From contig NIVC01001979.1 of assembly GCA_002269645.1 (NCBI GenBank), positions 62,001-126,000 on the forward strand: a stretch of 64,000 nucleotides of DNA, in the 5' to 3' direction. The position numbers and the translations under genes were made by a program. Positions 35,901 through 47,649 of this stretch are shown here, one piece after another (position 1 is the first letter of the stretch; each line of letters starts with the position of its first letter). Origin of the DNA: Macrostomum lignano (taxonomy: Eukaryota). Below the pieces are notes generated by a model. It saw only the letters and a list, made by a program, of their open reading frames with translations. It had not been told where the DNA came from and made no database searches.

Positions 35901-38900
35901 TCTGGTCGGACATGGCGCAGTCCCTCACGCCAAAGCTGACCAACGAACCAAATGTTGGATTGGGCTCGCTGCGCACTCTGGACCTACTGCTGACCGTAGT
36001 CGGGCATCCCTGCCGGGAGCTGGCAGAGTACACACTGTCCTTCTGGTATTCATTTGCCGCAGCTGTGTCAGTTAGTAAGTCTAAAGAACTCTTCCAGCCC
36101 TACATGGAGCGAGTTGTGGTGGCCCTAGTCAAGCACTGCCAGTGCGCTTCGCCCAACTCTACGACTGGCGATGCCGACCAGGATACGACCGGGTTCCACG
36201 AGTTCCGGGAACGGGTAACCGAGCTGCTGGAGGATGTGCTCTATCTGGTGGAGCCGGAGCGACTACTTTGCACAGTGAGCAGCTTTTATTTAAGTCTTGA
36301 AATTCCAAGAAACCTATAATGATGAGTAACTTTGCCGAAATAAAAAATCTTTGTTAGTATTCTGAAATTTAATGGAATCAGAAACATAATAAGAAGCACC
36401 AAAATCAATTGTAATAATGTTATAAAAAGTATATAGTAACCACAGGTGCTTTAAAATAACTAGATGTCTACTCTTTTTCAGTAGTTTGTCTGTGCAGTGC
36501 CACAAGTGAATGCAAGACGAACGAAGCTCAGCCTAGGGGGCAGGCCCAATCTAGCTCAGCCAATGAGAGAGCAGTGAGGAGAGAGAGGGCAAAGTCAGAC
36601 GCGGACGAAACTCAGTCTAGGGGCAGGCCTAATCTAGCTCAGCCAATGAGAGAGCAGTATGGAGAGAGAGGGCAGTCAGACGCGGACAAAACTCAGTCTA
36701 GGGGCAGGCCTAATCTAGCTCAGCCAATGAGAGAGCAGTACGGAGAGAGAGGGCAGTCAGACGCGGACGAAACTCAGTCTAGGGGCAGGCCTAATCTAGC
36801 TCAGCCAATGAGAGAGCAGTATGGAGAGAGAGGGCTAAGTCAGACGCGGACGAAACTCAGTCTAGGGGCAGGCCCAATCTAGCTCAGCCAATGAGTGAGC
36901 AGTAAGGAGAGAGGTCAAAGTCAGATGCAAGCGGGCAAGAGGAAAGCCTACCTGTTTATCGGCCTGTCTGGTTGCTAAGGGTGCCACTAACTTTTTCTTG
37001 CTGCTTCTGTTTAAAAACGCCAGTTTTGCTACTGCCAAAATAGTAGACGAGCGTATTTTTGTGAATGACATATCTAGTTTTTGTGGCAGTAACTATCGCT
37101 TTTTTAGTCTTGTTCAATCGCTCATTTCTTTGCTATATGAACTGTCATAAAAATCATTGCAGATGTTCAACCTGTTGAAGGAATTCGAGGCCAGCTCCTC
37201 CGCTGATTGGCGTCTGACTGAGGCTGTACTGTTCATTCTGTGCATCATTGTTAGCGAAGTGTCCTCGTAAGTGTTAGCAGGCTGCAAGTTGTCTGTGAAT
37301 GTGACACGCTCGTGTACTGAGGGCCACTCAGAAAGTCTTTAGCCTGAGTTTCGAGGCGTGTTTATTCATCCAGTCGTTTCAATTTTTTTGGCACGCATGC
37401 ACGCAGATGTAAGTCGTCACGTGACTTGGAACGGCTGGGTAAACCCCAAAGCTGCGCGCCCCATACATGTACATCGATGTCTATCGATCGATGTACTCGA
37501 GCTGTTGCCACCCCTCGCCCACCCACCGCAGGCAGGAGAACGAGGTCACACCACAGCTGCTGCACGCCGTGCTATCGTTGCCGCCTGATAGCACGCCGAT
37601 TCCTCTTCAGCTGACCGGACTCACCTTCCTAGGCAAGATGGCCGTGTGGGTCAACATCCATCAAGAGTTCCTTGGCGCCGTGTTCCCCGTGCTGCTGAAC
37701 GCTCTGAGCAATCCAGAGCTGGTCAGCGCGTCAGCCTCGGCCCTTGGCCAGTATTGCACATTCTGCAAAACCCAGATGCAGAGCCAGTTTGCTGGCTTGC
37801 TGCAGGTGGCCGAGACTCTGCCTAACAATTCCGGCCTCAAGCCGGATGCGGCACAGGTGAGACTGGTTTATGCCGTCATCCTAATGCTGGGCCAGCCTCT
37901 CAGACTCAGTTATTGGGCCAGCCTCTCAGATCCCCAGTTTCTGGGCCAGCCTCCCAGATCCTCAGTTATTAGGCCAGCCTTCCAGATCCCCAGTTTCTGG
38001 GCCAGCCTCCCAGATCCTCAGTTATTAGGCCAGCCTTCCAGATCCCCAGTTTCTGGGCCAGCCTCCCAGATCCTCAGTTATTGGGCCAGCCTTCCAGATC
38101 CTCAGTTTCTGGGCCAGTCTCCCAGACCCTCAGTTTCTGGGCCAGCCTCCCAGACCCTCAGTTTCTGGGCCAGCCTTCCAGATCCTCAGTTTCTGGGCCA
38201 GCCTTCCAGATCCCCAGTTTCTGGGCCAGTCTCCCAGACCCTCAGTTTCTGTGCCAGCCTCCCAGATCCTCAGTTATTGGGCCAGCCTCCCAGACCCTCA
38301 GTTTCTTGGCCAGCCTCCCAAACCCTCAGGCTAAGCCGCTCCCAGATGCCCAGTCCATCGTCTACCCACTAAGCAAATTCCATTCCCCACCCCGGCCCAC
38401 AGGAGCTGCTGTGCGGCATCACACAGGTGCTGAGCCGGCTTCCAGACGAGCAGCAGATCACGGCAGGCCTGCAGCGCCTATGCGACGTGCAGGTGGCCGG
38501 CCTCGAAGCTGCGTTGGCGGCCCGCATCGCAGCTGGCAGTCGCAGCGGCTGCAGCGGCGGCAGTTGTTGCGGTCCAAACGCAGGCAAAGCCAATCCCATA
38601 CCCTGGCTGGACTGTCTGGCCACGCTATTCAGGGAATTTCATCCCAATTTGAGCAGCTCGTCGGAGTCGCATCCCGGCCTGCCCGTCATGCGGGCCGTCT
38701 GGCCGTCGATTGAGCGCACTCTGGCTCAGTATCCCGACTGCATGCGAGTTGTGGAGCACACCTGCCGGGTCATCCGGTACCAGGTAAGCTTCGGCGAGGG
38801 TATTGTTTTAAATGGCTTACTGTCTTACTACGGTTCTTTTGACTTCTGATTACTAATACATAGCACTAAATTCCAAAATGCATTTCAAGGCTCCCAAACC

Positions 38901-40267
38901 CATGCTGACCCCCAAAGCTCCCAAACCTCGGCTGACCCTCCCAAGGCTCAGAAAACCCCGGCTGACCCACCCCAAAGCTGCCAAACTCCAGCTGACCCAC
39001 CCAAAGCTCCCAAACCCCGGCTGACCCACCCCAAAGCTCCCAAACCACGGCTGACCCACCCCAAAGCTCCCAAGCTCCAGCTGACCCACCCAAAGCTCCC
39101 AAACCCCGGCTGACCCACCCCAAAGCTCCCAAACTCCAGCTGACCCACCCCAAAGCTCCCAAACTCCAGCTGACCCACCCAAAGCTCCCAAACTCCACCT
39201 GACCCACCCAAAACTCCCAAACTCCAGCTGACCCACCCCAAAGCTCCCAAACTCCAGCTGACCCACCCCAAAGCTCCCAAACTCCAGCTGACCCACCCAA
39301 AGCTCCCAAACCCCGGCTGACCCACCCCAAAGCTCCCAAACTCCAGCTAACCCACCCAAAGCTCCCAAACCCCGGCTGACCCACCCAAAGCTCCCAAACT
39401 CCAGCCGACCCACCCCAAAGCTCCCAACTCCAGCTGACCCACCCCAAAGCTCCCAACTCCAGGATGTGAACCTACTGAATGTTAAACCTAAAACATTCCC
39501 TACCCCTGCAGGTCCGCTGCCTCAAGCGGTCGTGTGCACCCCTCCTGCCCCAGCTGGCCGACCGCATCATGCTCAGCTACGCCGCCTGCCCCCACTCCTG
39601 CTTCCTGTACCTGGCCGGCATTCTAACTGACGAATTTGGCGAAGACTCAACCTGCCAGGTGGGCCTGCTGCAGCTGCTCGAAGCCATGATGGGGCCAACA
39701 CTGGCAACGCTGGAGAGCGGCCGCGGCCTGGCCCAGAATCCCGACATGGCCGAGGATCTGTTCCGGCTGTGCACAAGATTCTTGCAGCGCTGTCCGGGCC
39801 AATTATTGGCGTCGCGCGCTCTGCCAACAATCTGGCAGCTGGCTCTGGGCAGTCTGTCCGCCGAGCATCGCGACGCCGTTGCCTCGGTGACAAAATTTCT
39901 GCAGGAACTGCTGCAGCTTGGCCAGCACAATCAGCAGCACAGGGAACCGGTGCTGGCTCTGCTATCGGACTCCGAGCAGGGCGGCGCCGCGCTCACTCGG
40001 GTGCTTGTGCACGCCAGCGTACTGCAGCTGAGTAGCTACTCTGTGCCGGACGCTGCCGAGGTTTTGCACAGCCTGTTGCTATTGGATCAGCGGACAGTGT
40101 CCGACTGGATTGGAGCCGCTTTGCTGCAGCTGCCGGCCACCCGGCCGGACGGACTGGTGCAGGCGACGCCAGACCAGATCCAGCACTTCCACCGGACTCT
40201 GGCTAATAGCAGCGATGTTAGCGATATGAGCCGCCAGCTGCAACAGTTGGCCAGGCTGTTCAAGTAG
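29927..40267 (+). CDS. TNPO3: Transportin-3 / transportin-SR (importin-beta family), about 969 aa; exons 29927-30079, 33417-33506, 33577-33618, 33735-34034, 34743-35107, 35881-36274, 37163-37266, 37532-37856, 38403-38783, 39512-40267
   Basis: KESASQWLDGFQKS|IYSWQI...CYFAAQTMRSK|IKYQFHELP...VTQLCLAIADLALQM...LLEILFVMPEE...SLRLGQNRR...EFRERV...WRLTEAVLFI...HSCFLYLAGIL...PDMAEDLFRLCTRF...LARLFK* is colinear with TNPO3. All introns are GT-AG with consistent phases; total 2910 nt. Confidence 0.95.
31540..32250. mobile_element. Foldback-like element with long internally repetitive inverted arms (TTTGCTTG motifs), in TNPO3 intron 1
   Basis: TTTGCTTGTGGGAAGTTTGCTTGCCAAACTTTGCTTG at 31540 versus the reverse complement of 32214-32250 (TTTGCTTGTGAGAAGTTTGCTTGCTAAACTTTGCTTG). 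Confidence 0.75.
34066..34551. repeat. 20-bp minisatellite (AGTTTGGCTATGCTGACACC)n, about 24 copies, TNPO3 intron 4
   Basis: Direct reading; the variant GATAGCAGTTTGGCAATG recurs 160 bp apart (higher-order duplication). Confidence 0.95.
35159..35785. repeat. G-run minisatellite (GGCGCCCACCRAATCT...G8-12 ATAAT), about 31-37 bp unit, TNPO3 intron 5
   Basis: Direct reading; variable poly-T and poly-G lengths. Confidence 0.9.
36520..36905. repeat. 81-83-bp tandem repeat, about 5 copies, each with CAGCCAATGAG, TNPO3 intron 6
   Basis: CAGCCAAT starts at 36557, 36640, 36721, 36802 and 36885. Confidence 0.92.
37888..38350. repeat. 28-bp minisatellite (GGGCCAGCCTCCCAGATCCTCAGTTTCT)n, TNPO3 intron 8
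   Basis: Direct reading. Confidence 0.9.
38887..39462. repeat. 29-30-bp minisatellite (CCAAAGCTCCCAAACTCCAGCTGACCCACC)n, TNPO3 intron 9
   Basis: Direct reading. Confidence 0.92.
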
Positions 40268-40411
40268 TTTTGGGATTGGATGCTGCTTGTCTTCCACTTG
40301 ATTCTTCATCCGGGTCTCCCTGAGAGTCAGTAGGATTTAGCATATTTTTTCCAGTCATTATCAGTGTCATTTATTTTCACGTGTACCCGTGTTATAGTGA
40401 CTACTCCGTTA

Positions 40412-42104
40412 TTAGTCAGTAGAGTGCCGCCTCCCCCTCCCCAGCCAGCCAGTAGAGTGCCGCCTCCCCCTCCCCAGTGAGTCAGTAGAGTGCCGCCTCC
40501 CCCTCCCTAGCCAGCCAGTAGAGTGCCGCCTCCCCCTCCCCAGTGAGTCAGTAGAGTGCCGCCGCCCCCTCCCTAGCCAGCCAGTAGAGTGCCGCCTCCC
40601 CCTCCCCAGTGAGTCAGTAGAGTGCCGCCTCCCCCTCCCTAGCCAGCCAGTAGAGTGCCGCCTCCCCCTCCCCAGTGAGTCAGTAGAGTGCCGCCTCCCC
40701 CTCCCTAGCCAGCCAGTAGAGTGCCGCCTCCCCCTCCCCAGTGAGTCAGTAGAGTGCCGCCTCCCCCTCCCTAGCCAGCCAGTAGAGTGCCGCCTCCCCC
40801 TCCCCAGTGAGTCAGTAGAGTGCCGCCTCCCCCTCCCTAGCCAGCCAGTAGAGTGCCGCCTCCCCTTCCCCAGTGAGTCAGTAGAGTGCCGCCTCCCCTT
40901 CCTCAGTGAGTCAGTAGAGTGCCGCCTCCCCTTCCTCAGTGAGTCAGTAGAGTGCCGCCTCCCCTTCCTCAGTGAGTCAGTAGAGTGCCGCCTCCCCTTC
41001 CTCAGTGAGTCAGTAGAGTGCCGCCTCCCCCTCCCCAGTGAGTCAGTAGAGTGCCGCCTCCCCTTCCCTAGTGAGTCAGTAGAGTGCCGCCGCCCCCTCC
41101 CCAGTGAGTCGGTAGAGTGCCGCCAGCCCCTCCCCAGACAGTCAGTAGAGTGCCGCCGCCCCCTCCCCGTTGAGTCACTAGAGTGCCGCCATCCCCTCCC
41201 CAGTGAGTCAGTAGAGTGCCGCGTGTTTGTATCATGCCATGTTCTATCTTTAGTTTTCAAAAAATTGCTTAATTCTTGTGAAAACTAATTTGCACTATAG
41301 ATCAGTAAACGCAGCATAGAAATTCTAACTAACTGCCAGCACTGCTTATTGCTGCATCTGTAAATGCCAAATGACAGTCATGCCGCCTCCCCCTCCCCAG
41401 TGAGTCAGTAGAGTGCCGCCTCCCCCTCCCTAGCCAGCCAGTAGAGTGCCGCCTCCCCCTCCCCAGTGAGTCAGTAGAGTGCCGCCTCCCCCTCCCTAGC
41501 CAGCCAGTAGAGTGCCGCCTCCCCCTCCCCAGTGAGTCAGTAGAGTGCCGCCTCCCCCTCCCTAGCCAGCCAGTAGAGTGCCGCCTCCCCTTCCCCAGTG
41601 AGTCAGTAGAGTGCCGCCTCCCCTTCCTCAGTGAGTCAGTAGAGTGCCGCCTCCCCTTCCTCAGTGAGTCAGTAGAGTGCCGCCTCCCCTTCCTCAGTGA
41701 GTCAGTAGAGTGCCGCCTCCCCTTCCTCAGTGAGTCAGTAGAGTGCCGCCTCCCCCTCCCCAGTGAGTCAGTAGAGTGCCGCCTCCCCTTCCCTAGTGAG
41801 TCAGTAGAGTGCCGCCGCCCCCTCCCCAGTGAGTCGGTAGAGTGCCGCCAGCCCCTCCCCAGACAGTCAGTAGAGTGCCGCCGCCCCCTCCCCGTTGAGT
41901 CACTAGAGTGCCGCCATCCCCTCCCCAGTGAGTCAGTAGAGTGCCGCGTGTTTGTATCATGCCATGTTCTATCTTTAGTTTTCAAAAAATTGCTTAATTA
42001 TTGTGAAAACTAATTTGCACTATAGATCAGTAAACGCAGCATAGAAATTCTAACTAACTGCCAGCACTGCTTATTGCTGCATCTGTAAATGCCAAATGAC
42101 AGTC
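40412..42104. repeat. 33-bp minisatellite (AGTGAGTCAGTAGAGTGCCGCCTCCCCCTCCCC)n in two blocks forming a 725-bp tandem segmental duplication
   Basis: The unique 159-bp tail GCGTGTTTGTATC...GACAGTCA occurs at 41221-41379 and 41946-42104; the two minus-strand ORFs start identically 725 bp apart. Confidence 0.93.
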
Positions 42105-42477
42105 AGAAGTCCCAATCGCCTGAGCACACTGAGCACCCTCTTGTATTTTTATATTGTTTTATTTTACAACGTCGCCATTCTGCACTACTGACCCCCGTGC
42201 ATGAGAATGTTTTCCTCGAAAAATTGCTATAATATAGCTTAGTTTATTTATAGTACAGCGTTAATATAAGTGGCATATTTAATGTAAGATATAATTTAAA
42301 ATATTTTTTAAATATTATTAAATTACCTTGTTGACGCCGAAACCTCGAGTGAATTTATTTAATCCCAGTGATAATCCCCTGTCGTAATTCTCTTACCTGT
42401 CTTGAAGCCCCCTCCCCTCCCCTAATAAGCCGCCACATCCGTCCGGTTGCATTTCGCTAATTCCCATCGCGCACGAT

Positions 42478-45400
42478 ATGAGAAGCAAAGTAAATAGTTG
42501 ATAAGTTTTTGTTTGTTTGTTGTGTAATTGTTTGTTTGTTTGTTGCTTTTTTATTTCCAAGCTCACCTATCACATATGCGAATGTGCCGCTTTCTATACA
42601 TAATTATTGCATACCCTTGTATTGAAATCAAAACGAGAGCTCTGGGGCGTCTTCTGTGCCGCTTCAGTGTGCCCCAGGCTCCCCTGATTTTCATTTTGTA
42701 CCCATATTGCTCTTTTTTTTCTTGGAAATCCTGCAGTTCAATGACGCATTACCATAGCAACTACGGAAAAGCTGTCACTTCCATAGCAACTAAGGACAAG
42801 CTGTCAGTGCCATAGCAATCAATGTGAAGCTGTAACTACCAAAGCAACTAAGGGCAAGTTGTCAGTAACCTAGCAACCAAGGTTAAGCTGTCACCACCAT
42901 AGCAACTAAGGTTAAGCTGTCACCACCACCATAGCAACTAAGGGAAAGTTGTCACTACCCTAGCAACCAAGATTAAGCTGTCACTTCCATAGCAAACAAG
43001 GCGAATCTGAAAATCCCATAGCAACTAATGTAAAGCTGTCAGCACCTGTCCCATATGTAGCCAACTAAAAATGTTAATTCCAGCGGCCGGCAGGTGACAC
43101 CAAATCAAAGCGCCGTCAGGTAGCGCCGGATGAAGCGGCGGCCGCAGCGGCCAGCGGGCCCGCAGAAATCTGTCCCAAGCAGCTGGTGCACCCGGCCAGC
43201 GGCCGTCAGCTGATTTGGCAGCAACTGCTCGGTCGGGGCGGCTTCGCCACCTGCCACAAATTTGCCTTCGAAGACGGCGGCAGCAGCGAGGTGGCCGTGA
43301 AGGTGATCACGAAGGCCAGCATCCGGACGCCCTACCTGGCTGATCGACTGCGTCACGAGCTGGAGATTCACTCCAGCCTGAAGCACCCGAACATTGTCCG
43401 GCTGCTTTGGCACCAGTCCGACTCTGCTCGGCACTATCTGGTGCTGGAGCTGTGCCAGCACCACTCTCTGGCTGCTATGCTGCGGCGTAGGCGGGTGCTC
43501 ACTCTGCCGGAGGCGCAGCACCTGTGCCGTCGGGTTGCCGAGGCCTGCTGCTACCTGCACGAGAATGGCGTGGTGAGTTGGTGTTGTTTTCTTTGTGCCA
43601 TTTCGGTGTCTTTGAGCCAAGGACCACTATAGTATAATAGGACGTAGAACTCAAAGATCGTGTTATTTTTTGGAGGCCAATTTCCTAAAAAAACTAATCA
43701 TTTCTTCATCACAAAATCAATTATTGCATTTGATCTGGGGCAGCGAAGATTTACTATTCCTTTTTTGATTTAGCATGCACAGCATGTTATTAATTTGTTG
43801 TATTTTATATACTTGTGTAGGGAAAGGTTCCTTTTCATATTGTTTTGCTTTAATTTCATAAGCCCAAAGTTGTAGATGGATTTGTAAATTAATTGCAGAA
43901 TTGACAGTGGCGAGGTGAAAAATGGAGGCAATATAAAGTGTTATGCACTCGTGTATTATAATGACACATATCAAAGTACTATATTACAATTGTATTCGAC
44001 CAGATTCACCGCGACATCAAACTGGACAATATCCTGCTAGCCAAAGGCATGGTGGCCAAGCTCACCGATTTTGGCTTGGCCGCTCGGCTCAGTCGCGCCG
44101 CTGACGCTAGCAGGCGGCGCACCCGCTGCGGCACTGTGCAGTACATGGCGCCAGAGGTGCTGGACAGGACCGCCGCCGGACATGGCTTCGGCGCCGACGT
44201 CTGGAGCCTCGGCTGCGTGCTGGTCACCCTGCTGACTGGCCGGCCGCCAGTTCGAGCAGCTACAATGGAAGCCACTCTGCGCAGCATCCGCGACTCGCCA
44301 TGGCGCCCGCCTGCGGCCCTGTGCCCGGTGACGCGGGCGTTTCTTGGCCGGCTGCTGTGCCAGAATCCCGAGCAGCGGCCCGGCATGGCCGAGGTACTGC
44401 GGGATCAGTTCTTCCGATTGGAGCCGCAGCTGCTCACCCTGCCGGAGTCCTGTCTCAGCCAGCAGCCCCGGCTCGACCGGCTGATGCCTCCACCGATGCC
44501 TCCACCGATGCCGCCGCCGCGTCAGGCGCCTCAGCTCAAATGCCCAAGGAAGCCATTAGGCTGCCTGCAGACTGGCAACGTTAACAACAACAGCAATAAT
44601 ACTAATAGCAATGCTAACCGAGCTAAGCAACAGCCGCCTGCTGATAAAATTTCCGTTTCGATTCCAAAAGTACAGACAGCTGATGTTGATGCTGCTGTCG
44701 ACGCTGCCGGAGTTGATGGCGGTGTCGCCGTTGATCGAGAAGGCGCCGCTTCCGTCATCTGCGAGCGACCGCCGCTAGCGCCCGGCGATCACAGTCGCTA
44801 TCTGGTGGCGCCACAGTCAGCTGCCGAGGCTCGGGCGGCGGCTGCCGACCTGCTTCGAGTCGCTCTGGCCTCGACGCCTACGGAAGCTCCGGATCTGGCG
44901 GCGCCTCTTTGGGTAGCCCGCTGGATGGACTGCCTGCCGCAGGGCTACGGCTTCGCCTACGAGCTCAGCGACGGCTCCGTAGGCGCCAGATTTAACGATG
45001 CCAGCAGCCTAGTTCGGGCCCAGTCCGCGCCAGGCTGCGTGCAGTTCTACGATGCCGACGGTCGGGAGCGGCTTCTGTCAGCCGACTGCGCTGAACTGGC
45101 CGGCCGGGTCTGCCTGCTGGACCAGCTGGCCGCGTACATGCGCCTCAACCTGGGCCTGGCTGGCGGCCGAGCCGATGTCGGTGGGCCGCCACCGGCAGCC
45201 CGGGTGCCAGCAGTCACGCACTGGAGCCACCGGCCCGAGGCCAATAGTGGAGGCACCGTGTTTGCACTGTCTAATGGGCTCGTGCAGGTGAGAGAGAGAG
45301 AGAGAGAGAGAGAAAGGGAGATTCGTATTTATAAGCCTGTGTCCTTGTGCGTGCCACTCTGTATCCCAGCCAGTTCAATGAGGCGCCACTCTGTATCCCA

Positions 45401-47273
45401 GCCAGTTCAATGAGGCGCCCTCTGTATCCCAGCCAGCTCAATGAGGCGCCACTCTGTATCCCAGCCAGTTCAATGAGACGCCACTCTGTATCCCAGCCAG
45501 TTCAATGAGGCGCCACTCTGTATCCCAGCCAGTTTAATGAGGCGCCACTCTGTATCCCAGCCAGTTCAATGAGGCGCCACTCTGTATCCCAGCCAGTTCA
45601 ATGAGACGCCACTCTGTATCCCAGCCAGTTCAATGAGGCGCCACTCTGTATCCCAGCCAGTTTAATGAGGCGCCACTCTGTATCCCAGCCAGTTCAATGA
45701 GACGCCACTCTGTATCCCAGCCAGTTCAATGAGGCGCCACTCTGTATCCCAGCCAGTTTAATGAGGCGCCACTCTGTATCCCAGCCAGTTCAATGAGGCG
45801 CAACTCTGTATCCCAGCCAGTTCAATGAGACGCCACTCTGTATCCCAGCCAGTTCAATGAGGCGCCACTCTGTATCCCAGCCAGTTCAATGAGACGCCAC
45901 TCTGTATCCCAGCCAGTTCAATGAGGCGCCCTCTGTATCCCAGCCAGTTCAATGAGGCGCCCTCTGTATCCCAGCCAGTTCAATGAGGCGCCACTCTGTA
46001 TCCCAGCCAGTTCAATGAGGCGCCACTCTGTATCCCAGCCAGTTTAATGAGGCGCCACTCTGTATCCCAGCCAGTTCAATGAGGCGCCACTCTGTATCCC
46101 AGCCAGTTCAATGAGACGCCACTCTGTATCCCAGCCAGTTCAATGAGGCGCCACTCTGTATCCCAGCCAGTTTAATGAGGCGCCACTCTGTATCCCAGCC
46201 AGTTCAATGAGGCGCCCTCTGTATCCCAGCCAGTTTAATGAGGCGCCACTCTGTATCCCAGCCAGTTCAATGAGGCGCCCTCTGTATCCCAGCCAGTTCA
46301 ATGAGGCGCCACTCTGTATCCCAGCCAGTTCAATGAGGCGCCACTCTGTATCCCAGCCAGTTCAATGAGACGCCACTCTGTATCCCAGCCAGTTCAATGA
46401 GGCGCCACTCTGTATCCCAGCCAGTTCAATGAGGCGCCACTCTGTATCCCAGCCAGTTCAATGAGACGCCACTCTGTATCCCAGCCAGTTCAATGAGGCG
46501 CCACTCTGTATCCCAGCCAGTTTAATGAGGCGCCACTCTGTATCCCAGCCAGTTCAATGAGGCGCCCTCTGTATCCCAGCCAGTTCAATGAGGCGCCACT
46601 CTGTATCCCAGCCAGTTCAATGAGGCACCACTCTGTATCCCAGCCAGTTCAATGAGGCGCCACTCTGTATCCCAGCCAGTTAAATGAGGCGCCACTCTGT
46701 ATCCCAGCCAGTTAAATGAGGCGCCACTCTGTATCCCAGCCAGTTAAATGAGGCGCCACTCTGTATCCCAGCCAGCTCAATGAGGCGCCACTCTGTATCC
46801 CAGCCAGCTCAATGAGGCGCCACTCTGTATCCCAGCCAGCTCAATGAGGCGCCACTCTGTATCCCAGCCAGCTCAATGCGGCGCCACTCTGTATCCCAGC
46901 CAGCTCAATGAGGCGCCACTCTGTATCCCAGCCAGCTCAATGCGGCGCCACTCTGTATCCCACTCGGTATAATACAAGGTCAGCTAAAATCCCATAGTAG
47001 CTCAGCTAATGCCAGTTACCCAACTACCTGTTTGGCCACGTCAAGGTGAACTTCCGGGACCACGTGAAGCTGGTGCTCTGTCCCAGCACCGAGTCCGTCA
47101 CCCTGATGCCGCCCAACGGGAGCAGCTCCCCCGTGCGCGTCTTCGCCTTCAACTCCGACGCCGCGGGCGCTGGTGAACCGCCGCCGCCCGAGCTGCGCAA
47201 CCGACTGCAGCTCTGCCTCAGCTTGGTGACGTCTGCCCTGTGTGCCCAGCATCCCGAAGGCGGCTGTTTTTAA
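42478..47273 (+). CDS. PLK1: Polo-like kinase (PLK1-like), about 670 aa; exons 42478-42489 (tentative), 43084-43572, 44004-45287, 47046-47273
   Basis: LGRGGFATC, VAVKVI, HELEIH, HRDIKLDN, DFGLA, RRRTRCGTVQYMAPE; linker RKPL D-box; polo box 1 WVARWMD...YGFAYELSDGSVGARFND; polo box 2 VQ|VNFRDHVKLVLCP. The start exon ATG AGA AGC AAA|GT is a phase-compatible guess. The exact PLK subfamily needs a tree. Confidence 0.88.
42748..43030. repeat. Degenerate 29-30-bp repeat, about 10 units, each containing CCATAGCAAC or CCTAGCAAC (X-box-like)
   Basis: Direct reading; lies in the putative PLK intron 1. Confidence 0.85.
45352..46962. repeat. 32-bp minisatellite (GCCACTCTGTATCCCAGCCAGTTCAATGAGGC)n, about 50 copies, filling the last PLK intron
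   Basis: GTATCCCAG at 45361 and 45393 (period 32); the array occupies about 1.6 of the 1.76-kb intron. Confidence 0.96.
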
Positions 47274-47649
47274 CTGCATGACTGTACGAGCTTGTTTAAT
47301 GCATTCGATCATTGAGTCAATCTGCTTCAATTTTTTTATTCCACAAGTCTGTTTTTCTGCTTTTTTAGCTAAAGAGTGTTTTTTGCTTGTGTTTCTTTTA
47401 GTAGCATTTATTATTGGATTCTTTCAGCTGTCAGCTGTATTGTTTTTTGCTTTCTATAAAATCACTGCCATTGTTTTTTGTATCATTTGTTTCTTTTTAG
47501 TTTGAGAACATTGATTGCCACGTAATTCATGTGTGATTAATAAAATGCCTGATTTATAAACTGCTATTAATAACCTACGATTTTAATACCTGACTGATTT
47601 ATGAAATATGTTTCATTTATTACAACTGTGTCACTTTTTTAATGATGTT

